From Salisapilia sapeloensis CBS 127946 (Eukaryota; Protista; Oomycota): DNA of 60,644 nt. A program made the position numbers and the translations under genes. Below, one piece after another: positions 10,042 to 22,208 of this stretch. The notes under the pieces are model-generated. The model did no database searches and was not told where the DNA came from. It worked only from the letters and a program-made list of their open reading frames with translations. Position 1 is the stretch's first letter, and every line of letters starts with the position of its first letter. The stretch is taken from the NCBI GenBank assembly GCA_023334545.1, contig JAADVB010000099.1, positions 1 to 60,644 on the forward strand. The letters run 5' to 3'.

Positions 10042-13000
10042 TTACGCAAACAAGCGAGTGCCAGAAAGAACTCGTCGCCTCATTTCGAGTCGAAATCCAA
10101 CTCTGTCTAAGCTTGCTTTGTTTTCATCTCCAGTGGAGTCACAAACTGGTAACGAGTCGTATCGCAAAGTAATGACGCCGATATGTGGTAAAGCTCCTAC
10201 CATGGTAACTTCTGGATCTGCCCACGTATCTAGAGGAAGTGTCCCAGTACTATCTTCGTTACCTGTATCCGTCTGCTCTGAATGTTGCTCATTCTGCACG
10301 ATATACGAAGACTCCTTCCAGCTCGCTTTCTAGTCCACATAAGCCATTAGTTGCATTAACGCCATTTAAACCCATTAATAGTAGTACTCCTTCTCGTAGG
10401 GCAAGCTTTGAAAGAAGGCGAACTAATTCCCGATCTTCATATTGGTTCAAATGAAGAGGAAGATACTGTCGGTCCGGTCGGAATGGATCTATGATGTTAA
10501 GCCAGCCCAATTTCCGGACACATTCTCTTTGTTCACCTTCAGCTAGCGCATCAAATATCTAGTACACGTTTACAACTTCAGTTAGATTTGTTTTGATTGA
10601 CACGAGTGCAGAAGTCGAGCTTACGGTATAAAAGTTCTCAATGTCGACAATCTTGGAAAATAGCAAACATGCTGCCCGGCTTCGAGCTCGCAGCATGGAA
10701 GGTAGACTAAGAACGATTTCATACGCCTGCTCACTGCTGAATAGATGGACACTTGCAATAACCTCCAGCACATGTAACTTGGCTCGGATACTCACTAATC
10801 TGTCATTCACACCATCCCAATTTACCTTTTGTACCGCATCCTCCTTTTTCTTTTTCCTGATCTCTGCCCATACATACTGCCGAACCATTTCCCAACGAGT
10901 CCACACCAGAGCGCATTTAGTTTCATTCCTGGGTTGCTTCTGCCTAGCCATTTTTGGAATCAGCTTATGACTCGTCTCAATGACCTTTAGCGCCTGTTTA
11001 TAGCGACGGCGAGACATCGATGTAGATCCTTTAGACGGGCGAGTTGTGCTTACATAATCGAATGAAAGGATTTTACTATCGTCCTTCAAGTTACTTTGGC
11101 TGTCGCGATTAGTGATTTGATTGTGCTTCCCTGTAGAAATGGATCCTACGTGGGTAGTGGTTCCTTTCTTGCTTACCTTTTCGAGTTTATAAGGTGATAG
11201 AGCTTCATTTAATATCCAGTGACTTGTCATTTGGATCGGTTGGCTGTTTAAAGATGCGTTGCGAAAGTTCTCCCAATCTCCATGTTGAGATGTATCTCGC
11301 CTTCCAGACCGTATCTGACTAAACTTCTTCTCCTTGTCTGCAATGTGAGCCAAAGCTTCTAGCGCTATTCGATCATATTCGACATTTAAATCGAATTCAT
11401 AGCTGTTGGTGAGTGAACCAAGGAAAACTGTGTACAGATTGCCCAGTTGAGCTTGTAAATGCAAATGCTGCTCCCACCGGTAATCCTTGTCAAGCACCTG
11501 CATCGCTAATTCCTCTGCTTCCAAACGGTTTATAATCAATGGCAACAGTTGAATGACGGCTCGACTTCGACGAGCCCAATGGCAATCTAAATGCTGCGTT
11601 TGCTTCAACCCTTGGACAGCTTGGGCTGCAGTCAAACGCAAATTTGCTTGTTTTAGTAGCATAATAAGAAGGTCAAACTGCTGCGTCGGGCTGGACGAAG
11701 TAGCTGAGATTGTGAGCAGTATTTCGGAGAACAATGTGGCCATCACGCCACTATCGCGTTCGGAGCATCTACGTTGGTTTGAAGTGGAGTCTTTCGTGTC
11801 ATTCTCCATCGAATTGGTGATGTCGAACTCAACTGTGAGAGTGCCAAACTGGGGAACTTCCCATACTTTTCCACTCATATCGCACATAATCCACTTCCCA
11901 TGCCTTTGACCGTCTTCCTTGTTCGTGTTTTCCCCATTAAGGTAGAGCTCCATTTCCATAAAGTAGACCAATTCCTGTTCGTCGATTTCTCCACTATTAT
12001 CAATATCGTATTTTATCATCATTCGATCTAACTGGGCTTTAGTTAGGCTGGGAAAGCCAAGTAGCCTCCATACACCACGAATTTCCTCCTCGTTTAAACT
12101 TCCAGACTCGTCCATATCGACCATGGCAAATCCGCAGCAAAGAAAAAACTTAACAAAGTCCTCCCGCCGAACCCTGAGTGACTGGTAATGCTGCTGAAGT
12201 ACTCGTAGTAGCCGTGTAGCACTTATTTCCACCCCGTACCGATGCAAGCCTTCCCATAATTCTTTCTGATCAACAGCCCCGCTCGCATCAACGTCCAACT
12301 CGTCAAATAATTCGAGGAGCCGGTCTTTACCTCGCGGAGCTTCCTCGCTAACACAAGTTTTGCCTTCGACCTGAAAGGATCGGAAAATTTCGATGCGTCT
12401 TTTATCACTTGGCTTCGCCGATTCAGCGTACTCTAATGTCTGGAAACTGTACTTAGGTTGTGTAGCAGCAGTTCGTAGCAACTCATATATAATCATTCTG
12501 TCGAACGAGTCGGACAAGGATAATGTATATTTGCCTTCGGGCCGGCTTGGATCAAAGCTAGACGAATCATCCGTCAGGTGTGCACGATGCTCACTGCAGT
12601 CAACTAAGGACAAATGACAATAGTTTTCCTTGCCATTTTTTCTTTCCACAGCAATTCGAATCAAGTGCTGAACCGCTGACATCCCTAGTGAATTGCCATC
12701 CATCGAAAGGTTACGCAACTTATTATTCACCGCGAGACCGCTTCCAACGACAAGTCCACCTCTGCACCCTATACTATTGTAGCTAAGGTTTAAAACTTCA
12801 AGCGAGTTGTTTCTTCGGAGTGCATCGCCTATAGCCATGGCGCCATCATCTCCACAGTTATTGTGGCTGATAGATAGTATACGCAACGTCGAATTCTGCT
12901 GAAGAGAGGATGCGATGCGATACACCCCATTGCTACGTAGCATGTTCCAGTCCAAAAACAGCTCCTCTATATTTCTGTTCTTCATAAGCATGGATTCAAG

Positions 13001-13813
13001 TCCAATAAGGGCACTAGAAGGTATCACTTTTTCGGAAGAAGTATCACTGCAGGTAGACGGAATCGCTGGAATGGCACCTAGACGATTTTTCTCCAGTGAC
13101 AAGGTATTGACTGACTGATTGATTTCCAACGCTGCGAGGATGGTGCGGAAGGCACGGTCACTAAGTTCCACATCCATGATTGCCAAGTGCCTTAAAGCAC
13201 ACAGCGAAGATGTTAGGTATTTAGATAGCTCGTTTGCGCTTCGAGTGCCCATCTTGTTTTCGGATAGATCAAGCTGGAGAAGGGTTGTCTTATTCTCTAC
13301 AGCTGAAAGTAGACCATGCATACTAGTATCTTTCAATCGATTGCCACGCACATTTATAGCTTCTACACAAGGCAGCACTGGTAAGCACACACTGAAGCTG
13401 TCAAGGAACTTGTCTCCCAGACCTTGATGACTAAAGTTGTAGGATTTGGAATCTGGATCTTTTCGCAACAAGAGTGTGAGTGCAGGATGCGCATGGGTAA
13501 TGCAAGACGCTAAATACAAGGTTCGTGGTGATGAGAAATTGGGCGTCGGTCTTGCCTCAAACGTGAAGTCGGATGGTGTTTCTGAAGATATAATCGTTTT
13601 TCTTCGATTGGTGTCTAGAAAGAGCTGTGGCTTGCCATGTAACGTCTTATAGGACTCATAAAACGAGTTACGCGTATAAGGATCACTTTGTTCTGCTGAC
13701 AGCGTCTGTGGATGTTCATAATCTAACTCGATATTTGATAGCGTATGTTTCGATGCATTCGTCGCATCCACATCCTCTTGATCCTCGAGATTACCACATA
13801 AATTCGAATCCAC
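10042..13813 (-). CDS. Large RNI-like leucine-rich-repeat protein with EF-hands and repeated helical modules (at least 3 exons)
   Basis: LRRs such as LLQLDLSENKMG, LRILSISHNNCGDDG and LEVLNLSYNSIG. EF-hand loops DVDASGAVDQKE, DMDESGSLNEEE and DIDNSGEIDEQE. A GTAAGC donor near 10625 and a TAG acceptor near 10560 continue the frame into the 10289-10510 and 10042-10299 ORFs. Confidence 0.85.
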
Positions 13814-14515
13814 TTGTGGTGGAGCAAAAACAAAGCGCTTCGTCGTGACACGATTTGGTAGGCATATCTCTTTACTTCTGGCAGCATTGCTGACATCTGA
13901 AGTCTCTAGAATGTCGATATCCCAGCTGAGTCGACCAAGAAGTTTCGTCTCTGCAGTCGAGCGACTTCGGCGGAAGGAGGCTTTGGGAATCTAGTTAGTT
14001 TGAGGTGTACGTACGAGGGATGATCAAGCATTTGTATTCATAATTTACGTTGTACAAGTAGAGGAAAGGGAGTGGCGTCGTTGGAATCCGTCATGGACAC
14101 TTCCTGACCACAATCTCACAGGAAGTAAAATCGTTGCCGGCAAAAATAGATTCTAGGCGATACCATTGCTGCCTAAGACGATGTGCAAATTTTTATCCCT
14201 TCGATGGCGACAGACATTACGGAAATGTACATAAAGCCGCCGTCGGATATGTAGATCCATTTGGCGGATCAATATCCGACAGGACGGTATATGTGACCCA
14301 CCACTTTGGCAATTAAGAAAAGTACGTTTATTAGGTGCTGGAGCGTGGAATCAAGTGATATGCGGACTTGAATGCTCAACTGCTGAAACAAGGAACTCGT
14401 GTCGTGTTGTGATTCGGAAACTGCGGGTGAAAGTAGACTGAAAATCTGGTGGCTTATTCGATATCGAAACTTCATTTCATAAATTCTCTGCTCAAGCAAA
14501 GTCATACCGAGTGAC

Positions 14516-15463
14516 ATGGTACGAGCACGTACATTTGTCGTGCTTATGGTATTCATGAGCGTAGCCATGGCAGAGCTTTCGCGGCAAGACGGTGAGTTAT
14601 TATTTGAAACTCATTTTCAAGCAGTACATTATCCACTTATGCTAGTGAGTGCAGAAAGCTCCCGAGTAGGCGATGAAAGTTGGGAGGAAAGTAGTGAGGA
14701 CACACTCCCAGCAAGTGTCCAAGTCTCCACTTTCCTTCCAGAAGATGTCATATCCGGATTAGAAGACAAAGTACAAACGCTAAGCTTAGCTTTTGGCTCG
14801 AACAGCTCTTCTGCTGAAGGAGAAAACAGTAGTAGTGCAAATGCAGACAGTCAAGAAGTATCTAAGTCGCCCATGTATGGAATACGCGACATCGTTATCG
14901 TCGTCTGTGGCTGTTTCGCAGTCATCGGGTTTTTTATCAGCTTTGCTGTTGTCACCTTTCGACACGATCGAAGAGCTAAAGCTCGTCGGTACAAGAATAA
15001 GAGTGAGAAGAATGATAAAACCGCTTCGAGTCGAGAGAAGTGCCTTGGCAAAGTGTTTCAAAAGCAACCGAAACGAATTGCGCCACCTAAAAGCAGCCAG
15101 TCTCCAAGGTACGCCCAGTTCGAAGTACCATTCGTTATGAGTTCGGAAGAAGGTCAGGAACCGGACAAGGAAGCACTCGCAAAACGAGACACCCTATCGC
15201 AACTGCTAGCTCCAGTTCATTACCCAAACGCATCGACTATGCACGATCAGCTTGTTGGTTTGGAATGCAGCAGCGAGCAACCACTATACCCAGCAAGAGA
15301 TGAACATTGGAATCGCAGTGCGAATCCAGAGGAGTCCGAACCAGTGAGCTCGCCTCGCCGAAAGGTTCAGAAGCCTCTTTCGAATGAAATGGGAGAACCT
15401 GTTCAGCATGACGACAGTGTCATCGTGTCCTTCAATTCCGACGATGCAGAGTATGAACTGTAA
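14516..15463 (+). CDS. Type I membrane protein: signal peptide, Ser/Glu-rich ectodomain, one TM, disordered cytoplasmic tail
   Basis: Hydrophobic N-terminus TFVVLMVFMSVAMA. TM segment IVIVVCGCFAVIGFFISFAVVTF followed by basic RHDRRAKARR. An INR-like TCATTTC lies about 45 nt upstream. Confidence 0.75.
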   Translation: MVRARTFVVLMVFMSVAMAELSRQDGELLFETHFQAVHYPLMLVSAESSRVGDESWEESSEDTLPASVQVSTFLPEDVISGLEDKVQTLSLAFGSNSSSAEGENSSSANADSQEVSKSPMYGIRDIVIVVCGCFAVIGFFISFAVVTFRHDRRAKARRYKNKSEKNDKTASSREKCLGKVFQKQPKRIAPPKSSQSPRYAQFEVPFVMSSEEGQEPDKEALAKRDTLSQLLAPVHYPNASTMHDQLVGLECSSEQPLYPARDEHWNRSANPEESEPVSSPRRKVQKPLSNEMGEPVQHDDSVIVSFNSDDAEYEL

Positions 15464-15751
15464 TGGTGTAACAAGTGATTGAAGATGAAGAGATGGAAGA
15501 TGAGTCAATATAACTATGGAAAACAAAATCAAATACCGTTCATCTTACACTTCCCATGCTTGAGTGTTCCTATTTTATCGAACCACAACACTTACAACGT
15601 GTACGATTATCATGGATATGCAGTAGTGAGTACTATCATCGTATCAATGCACAGACACGAATCAATCCAACCACCTTTAACGCCAGCATCGTCCAACAAG
15701 CCTGCTCTTGCTCTTGCAAATCAAAAGTCGTGTTTTAAGCTTTCTACCTGT

Positions 15752-16489
15752 CTATTTTTGTCTCTGTCGCTTCCATTTGTACACCGCAGGCAGTCCATTC
15801 TCGGCGTTCTTCACCTTTCGCTTCTTCCCTTTGCTCTGCACCTTTCGCTCCAAATCAAGTTTTGCACTCATCCGACCTAGCTTGTCTGCTCTATTCAACC
15901 GGTCACTCATCTCGCGATACTGACGGTCTCTCGCTTTTTTCCACTTAGCCGACTTCGTCCCTTTCAAAATTGAATCCTCCTTTAACGTCTGCTTCCGAAT
16001 GCGATTCGACGGTCGGTCCACAAGCTCCGGCACCGTTTCAAAGTGCTCCGCCGGGTCAAAGTGAGTGACGTCTTCTTTGTCATCCACGAAAATTGTGTGC
16101 TTGTTGTCCTTAACGGCATCAATAAAGTGCAAGCCTTGAGTCAATTTGTCTGCCTTACGGAGGTCTGTTGCTCGAGCGACCTGCAGGTATGCCAGGTCCT
16201 GCGTCTTGAGGTTCTTGAGGACAGCAGCAGGAAGTTCTTTCTCGTGATTATTTTCAGAGATGTGGACTCCGTCCTCCGTATGAGCATTGTTCATGTGAAA
16301 GTAGTATTCATCCGGGTTTCGGAACGCCGCCTTCCGCTGCAGCGCCTGAATGCGCTGCTTCTTCTTGTTATGGTCACGAGCACGCTTGACATAGTCCTTG
16401 TGCTTCTCGAGCAGTCCGAGCCTTCGTCTTTCATGCGGCTGGGACCGCTCCTTGTGCTCCCTTCGCTTCACAACATTTCGCAAAGACAT
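15752..16489 (-). CDS. UTP11: U3 snoRNA-associated protein 11
   Basis: Signature N-terminus MSLRNVVKRREHKERSQP...LGLLEKHKDY...RNPDEYYFHM and C-terminus PAVYKWKRQRQK. Confidence 0.95.
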   Translation of the reverse strand: MSLRNVVKRREHKERSQPHERRRLGLLEKHKDYVKRARDHNKKKQRIQALQRKAAFRNPDEYYFHMNNAHTEDGVHISENNHEKELPAAVLKNLKTQDLAYLQVARATDLRKADKLTQGLHFIDAVKDNKHTIFVDDKEDVTHFDPAEHFETVPELVDRPSNRIRKQTLKEDSILKGTKSAKWKKARDRQYREMSDRLNRADKLGRMSAKLDLERKVQSKGKKRKVKNAENGLPAVYKWKRQRQK

Positions 16490-16610
16490 ACTGCCAGAAG
16501 GTGTCTACTTCCTTTCTGGCATCAAGTGCAGTCCAGTGTTTCCCAGCAACCTTCGTACGACCTTATTTTACTTAAAGAAAAGAAAAAGAATTTGACCAAA
16601 TCAAATGGAA

Positions 16611-18460
16611 TCACTGTGTTAACTTGTCAACGGTGAGCGTATCAGGCGAAAACCCATTGAAAAACGGGTGTCGAAGGGCATCTCTCGCCGTCATACGTTC
16701 TCTCGGGTTCACGACCAGCATCATCTGAAGGAGGTCCAGCAACCCTGTCGACGCATCTTCTTTGGTTATCAACTGGGACAGCGGTCGCATCCGTCGGACG
16801 TGGTCAATACTTTCATCTCCGCTCGCACCTCTAGGCCAGTCCAACCGACCATCTCGTCTGAAAAACTTTCTAGCATCTCGATCCGCCTCGGACACCATGG
16901 ACGACGGTAGCTTTCCAATGCACTTCTCCATCAACGCCAGGTGCTCCAGATTCTCATGCTACATCCAACATCAGGCCACCTTATAAAAGATCCATAATGA
17001 GATCTACGTACAGTTGCAAAGAGGAGTTCACCGAGATACAATTCCGCCAAGATGCATCCGGCAGACCAAATGTCCGACGGGAAGCTCCACGGGAGTCCTA
17101 AAATCACTTCTGGCGACCGATACTGCCTCGTGTTGATCACTGAGCTCTTGCTCTCATGTTCGTACGTTGCCCCACCAAAGTCAATCAGCTTCACAGCGCT
17201 GGATTTAGGGCGAGGACAAGCGAGTCGACCAGTGTCCATGTCCGAATACTTTCTTTTGCGCTGCAAAGACGACGTCGAGTCGTTTGCGGTCGAGGAAGAG
17301 TTGGAGCGAGATCTGGATCGCGATTCGGACCGAGACGGCTGCTCCTTGTCGTCCACGAGCAATATATTTTCAGGCTTTAAATCCGTGTGGATAAGGTTGA
17401 TGTCGTGGATGAACGCCAAGGACGTGAGCAATTGCCAGGCAAACGCACGGATGCAATCCAGAGGGAATGGTTTGTAGTCATGACGCTTCAGATACTCGTA
17501 CAAGGAACATCCGAGGCTTTCAAAGACAAGACAGACGTGGCCGTGGTACTCGAACCACCGATGCAGGTGGACGCACAGAGAGTCGTTCCGTTTGTCTTTG
17601 TCATTCACGTCCTGAAGAATAGCTGCTTCAATCTACACACAGATATTAGTATCTAATGGTTATAAAAGAAGAGATCTAAAACGTACTTTGGCTGAATCTG
17701 AGTACTTGTCCACTTTCCGAACGACTTTAATCGCCACGACGATATCTAGCTCTTTATCAAGACACTCGAGGACTCTGCCGAACGTGCCGATTCCAGCTTC
17801 TCGCAAAATTTTATCTACATGGACATGAGTACGTGCAGCCTTTACATGGGCTAGATCGAACGTTACATCGGTTGGCAATATAGTCTCCAGGTCGACCGTT
17901 GAAACTACCGACGGTGTCGTCATGACCGGCACTGTCGTCTGATTCATCGCGCTGGTGTGTCGAACTAACGCCACGACTCGAGTAGCTTCTTCCTCGACGA
18001 CGAGACCGAGAGGACGGGTGTCGATGGTGTCGATAAGACCTCTGCTTTCTCCCATTCGACCGTTGTCTGTGTCGAGGACTATAGCTATGTCGCTCCCGTT
18101 TCCGAGGTCTATGCATGCATGAGAATCGAGGAAAAGATTTGACTAGCACTCGTCGTTACCTGCTTCGAGGTCGACGACCAAGTGATCTTCTGCGAGAGTA
18201 CGATCGAGACCGTGGTCCTATATTGCAAGTACGTCCATGGTTCAAGTGTACTGTCTGCCATCGATAGCTATTGCCAGCTTACCGGAACGACGACGAGAAC
18301 GCGATCGAGAACGGGGGCGGCTGCCGTACTGCATAGATGGAGGAGGATGGCGCCGTCTCGGTGGTGACCGTGTGCGTCGGTGTGAGTACCGTGAGTGCGA
18401 CGCAGAGCCACTGTTGTGCGGACTAGCGGAGCGTCCGCGAGCTCTACGACGCCGCTCCAT
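16611..18460 (-). CDS. CLK/LAMMER-family dual-specificity kinase with RS-rich N-terminus, multi-exon
   Basis: Motifs GTFGRVLEC, VAIKVVR, HTDLKPENILL, KLIDFGGA, INTRQYRSPEVILGL and DIWSAGCIL. The minus-strand reading at 16930-16955 gives ENLEHLALMEKCIG (LAMMER variant). The N-terminus is Arg/Ser-rich. Confidence 0.92.
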
Positions 18461-18585
18461 TAATTTGCTGTTGTGACCTCTACCGATTACACGATGGAAT
18501 TTACAAATGTGCACATGCGTTGTCTTTCTGTTTATATGAGAGAAGCCCGTCCTATTCATTTTACAAATCTAATGTTAGACTGTAC

Positions 18586-19193
18586 ATGCATCTTAGTGTA
18601 GTTCAGGGACTGTTGTCAAAGGTGCGTTTTATATATGACTCGGTTGAATGGACTAGTAGGTACAAGAAGATTGAGAAATTGCATTCTTACCCAATTTGTG
18701 CCAACAGTAAGGTTGGAACTAGATAAAACTGCGTTTGATAAAGAACGATGTAGTACCGTCATTTGGGTCTTTAAGAAACGGTCTGAAAGGTTTGTCGGCA
18801 TGTATACGAGCTGACTCAGAAGTGAGAACAAGGTCGCTACGCAGAGATTGAGAACGGTTTATCTGCTTTGCAAGCTAGGTGGAATGGCTCTGTTACAAAT
18901 GTTTAAGCGTCATCGGAATGCCGTGGCTTAGTTAACACAGCACGATTACCACAGGTTTATTCCAGATTGCTACCACAGAGAATTTACGAAATAAGCAAAA
19001 GGAGGAACGAGTTGGCGCACGTGTATCAGGACATGCTCTTTAAGAAAAGTATCAAACTGATCCGATCAGTGTCATTCTAGCTCTAAAGAATGCCTTCTAT
19101 GTGTCTCAAAGATCATGGTCTGACTTTCAGATGCAACTTGAGAGCACCGTTGAATCGTTATATCCATATTGTAGATTACCTAGGTACAGGTAG
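18586..19193 (+). CDS. Possible small multi-exon gene missed by the ORF track
   Basis: INR/FPR-like TCATTTTACAAAT at about 18556, then ATG 18586. GT-AG joins give a continuous reading ending ...YQTDPISVILALKNAFYVSQRSWSDFQMQLESTVESLYPYCRLPRYR*. The assembly is manual and one intron is only 39 nt. Confidence 0.3.
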
Positions 19194-19402
19194 CGCCCAA
19201 GGTCGTTTAAACCTTGCTGATGTACTGCATCGATATCCTCCTTCATATATATGCCTTGCCTTGTTTTCAAGCATCTATCTACCTACTACATATATTTAAT
19301 TCGAATAATGATAAACTCAGGAATGGCAAGCAACGCGCGTTTGAATCGCCAGAATTAGAACATGAAATGGTTTCATATTCAACGAGCTAGTGCTTCGTCG
19401 AA

Positions 19403-20826
19403 ATGGAGGGTCTGATGCTGGTAGAGAGCAAGTCGGGTACTTTGCACTTCTCCAAAGCACTCTCAAGTCAATTCGATGAACGCCACGCAAAACACGATCG
19501 GATGAATCTTAGTGCTATCTTATTTGCGCTACAATCGTTTGCTTCGAACAGTATCAATCGACCTATAGACATCTCCCAAGTCCATTCGCCGATATCAATT
19601 AGGGAACAACCGGCATTATTAGCTTTCCGAAATTCGAAAGAGCAGGTTATTATGGCGTATACTCCATCTCGAGATCTACTTGTGGTTTGTGCATACCTGT
19701 GTATCTGAGTGACATGAATCCAACATCGTATTGATATGATAGATATTGTTCACAGCACCGGAGTTTGATGCAACGAGAGCTAGGTACCATTTAAGACATC
19801 TATATGTTTGTGCCTATCATCTCACAGATCACCAACACATTGTATCAAAGTAGAAACTTTATCAATCGATTCGCTTTCAACTACGAGAACGATGAAAATC
19901 CGAATAGACACATTGCAATGGTGCTCCATCAAACTGTATTTGCCTCGTGACATACATCTTCGACAATTTTGTACGATTAAAGCATATAAGCGTAGGTGAG
20001 ACTCTTCCGAGATGCTTTTATAAAATCCATTGAAGATGAGATACAAGAACTTGTCGACAGACTTTTCGAGCATCTACACGACCGTGGCAAAGCGACTGCA
20101 CCAACTGATAAAGATCCTCCAAATTTCCTTGCCTTCTATTACAACAGTGCGCTTTTGACGGCCATGGAGTCTGTCATGAAGAGACCAAAGTCTAAGAAAT
20201 CAGTCACCGTCACAAATGAAGAGCGGGATCTACGAGATTTATACCAACAAAAACAGAGTCTTTCAGGTATATTTCCAAGGATGCAGTCGTATGCTAGGTT
20301 AATGCGAAAACCTACCGGGATCCTACCGAATCAACCGGTGATAGACCAAAGTCGACAAGTTACTACTCGATCTCTTTTCCAACTATCGCGACTGACAAAT
20401 AGCAAGAAATCGCTTCATCACTCTCGAAATTCAGTTGAGGACGTTGTGGATCCTGTCAGTGTATGCAAGTTTGTCGTGGATCATGATGGCGTCGCAAAGT
20501 ACAGCATTGAAGAGCGTATGCCATCCATCATCCGCGTTCTAGCCCCTTGTATAGGTGCGATGGGCACGGTGCTGTATACCCCCGGCAGTTCCAGGCTTCA
20601 TCAAGGCACTTGGAAAAACTTTCCTGCACGACTAATGTCCCCCGACGGCACTAAATGCAAGTATGTCGACTTGATTGTATGGCGCTCAACGCACGGGCTC
20701 CTCTTCTACCCTTCTTACGCTATCACACCTGAAAACATGCCCAAGTCGGCATTGTGGAGTGTTATTGAAAAGAACATGGCAGTGTTGCAGGACTTGGGAA
20801 ATGTGTTATCTGTCGTAAAAACATAA
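19403..20826 (+). CDS. Uncharacterised multi-exon protein with a longin/roadblock-like N-terminus
   Basis: ORFs 19403-19708 and 19996-20826 are linked by GT-AG introns (about 19679-19741 and 19783-19826). N-terminal pattern LMLVESKSGTLHF...LSAILFALQSFA. Confidence 0.65.
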
Positions 20827-20948
20827 CCTATTCATCGACACTGTGGTTATCTCATGTCAAGAAAATAAACATTACGATCGTTCTTCCAAGTAATCACATC
20901 CAAGAGTACATTTTCTCACTGAAACGTAGTTGAGCACCGTTTTTAATC

Positions 20949-22208
20949 TTACAGAGCAACCTGGTGCGACTTTGCATCAAGTGGTTCGGCATTATCCTTT
21001 GGCGCGATGACATTGCTGTCAACGAATCCTATGTTGGATCCGTTACTGTCCGAAGAGCTTGCTGCGTTCGCGAAATCAACTTTCACTCGACTGCCCATGA
21101 CATCGCTTGACATAACTTCACTGCCTTTAAACGAATAGTTTTCTTCGTTCGACCCAGTTTGGTTGCTCGCACGGACCGTCTGGCGTCCGAATGGAGATGA
21201 TGGGCGCTTCGAGTTCTCCACTCCACCCGAATCTTCGTTACTCGAAGCAAGTGACATGACGTTCACGACATGCATAGAGTCTGAGAACACGCCTTTAGAA
21301 GCGCCGTTTTGACGTGGTTCCGCCACACGCGCATTCGTGTTCTGGGCGGCATAGTGATCGTCTCCATCATCATTCTGGTCCTCCACGGTCAAGAACCGAT
21401 TATCAGGCGTCGGCCCAGTGTTATTAAAGATTGCCTCAACCGACATCGGAGCAGCCTCGACATCACTATCATCTACGTCCTCCGGTTCCTTCTTCTTCTT
21501 GTAGAAGACACTGCCCACCAACATCGCCACGGCAGCGACACAGCCCACGACGATTGCTACCACGCTTCCTCCGCCCATGCCAGAATCGTCTTTCGACGTC
21601 TGGACATTCGATACAGCGTAGGGATTTACGTCCATATCGGAACTTGAAGACTGGTCGAACGTTTGGTCTGAACTCGGGTTCGACGGCCCAACAGTTGCGC
21701 TTTGGTTATCATCTTCATCGTCGCCTGAACCAAAGCTTGCTGATGTCGACTCGTCGGGTTTGGTGGCACTCGTGGCCGAGCCTATGGATGGTCTTATCGC
21801 ATCGCTACTGAAAGATCTATCGTCCTCGGAATTGTCCGTGGTAGCTGAAGACGAAGACGGGGCTGAATGTGGAGATAGACCTGAAGATGGTGAGGACGGT
21901 CGGATCATATGACTCGGACTTGTATTTGTATTCGGACTATCCGTTCTCGTCGGTGCATTCGTACGAGGCTCTCTGCAGACACGAGATCCGTCCGAAAGTC
22001 GATAGATGAATTCACCACTCGTGCAACATTGTGTCGGGCATTCATCTCCATATCGACATCGCTCACTTGACTGTAGACAGTCTAACGATACAAAGTTGTT
22101 TAACAGATACATTCGGACTTGAGTACTAGATGGATACATACATTCTCTCGTTCCTTGGGCTTGAACGCTGCAAAGGACGATTGCAACCCCAGTCAAAAAC
22201 ACTCTCAT
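20949..22208 (-). CDS. Type I membrane protein: signal peptide, six-Cys mini-domain, Ser/Thr/Pro-rich mucin-like stalk, TM, cytoplasmic tail (probable in-frame intron 22082-22141)
   Basis: Signal MRVFLTGVAIVLCSVQA. Cys domain CLQSSERCRYGDECPTQCC...C. TM VVAIVVGCVAAVAMLVGSVFY followed by KKKK. Confidence 0.85.
   Translation of the reverse strand: MRVFLTGVAIVLCSVQAQGTRECMYPSSTQVRMYLLNNFVSLDCLQSSERCRYGDECPTQCCTSGEFIYRLSDGSRVCREPRTNAPTRTDSPNTNTSPSHMIRPSSPSSGLSPHSAPSSSSATTDNSEDDRSFSSDAIRPSIGSATSATKPDESTSASFGSGDDEDDNQSATVGPSNPSSDQTFDQSSSSDMDVNPYAVSNVQTSKDDSGMGGGSVVAIVVGCVAAVAMLVGSVFYKKKKEPEDVDDSDVEAAPMSVEAIFNNTGPTPDNRFLTVEDQNDDGDDHYAAQNTNARVAEPRQNGASKGVFSDSMHVVNVMSLASSNEDSGGVENSKRPSSPFGRQTVRASNQTGSNEENYSFKGSEVMSSDVMGSRVKVDFANAASSSDSNGSNIGFVDSNVIAPKDNAEPLDAKSHQVAL

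Noticed and set aside
14269-14568. 99-aa minus-strand ORF overlapping the start of the 14516 gene
   Set aside because: No recognisable features, and it overlaps the promoter of a better supported gene.
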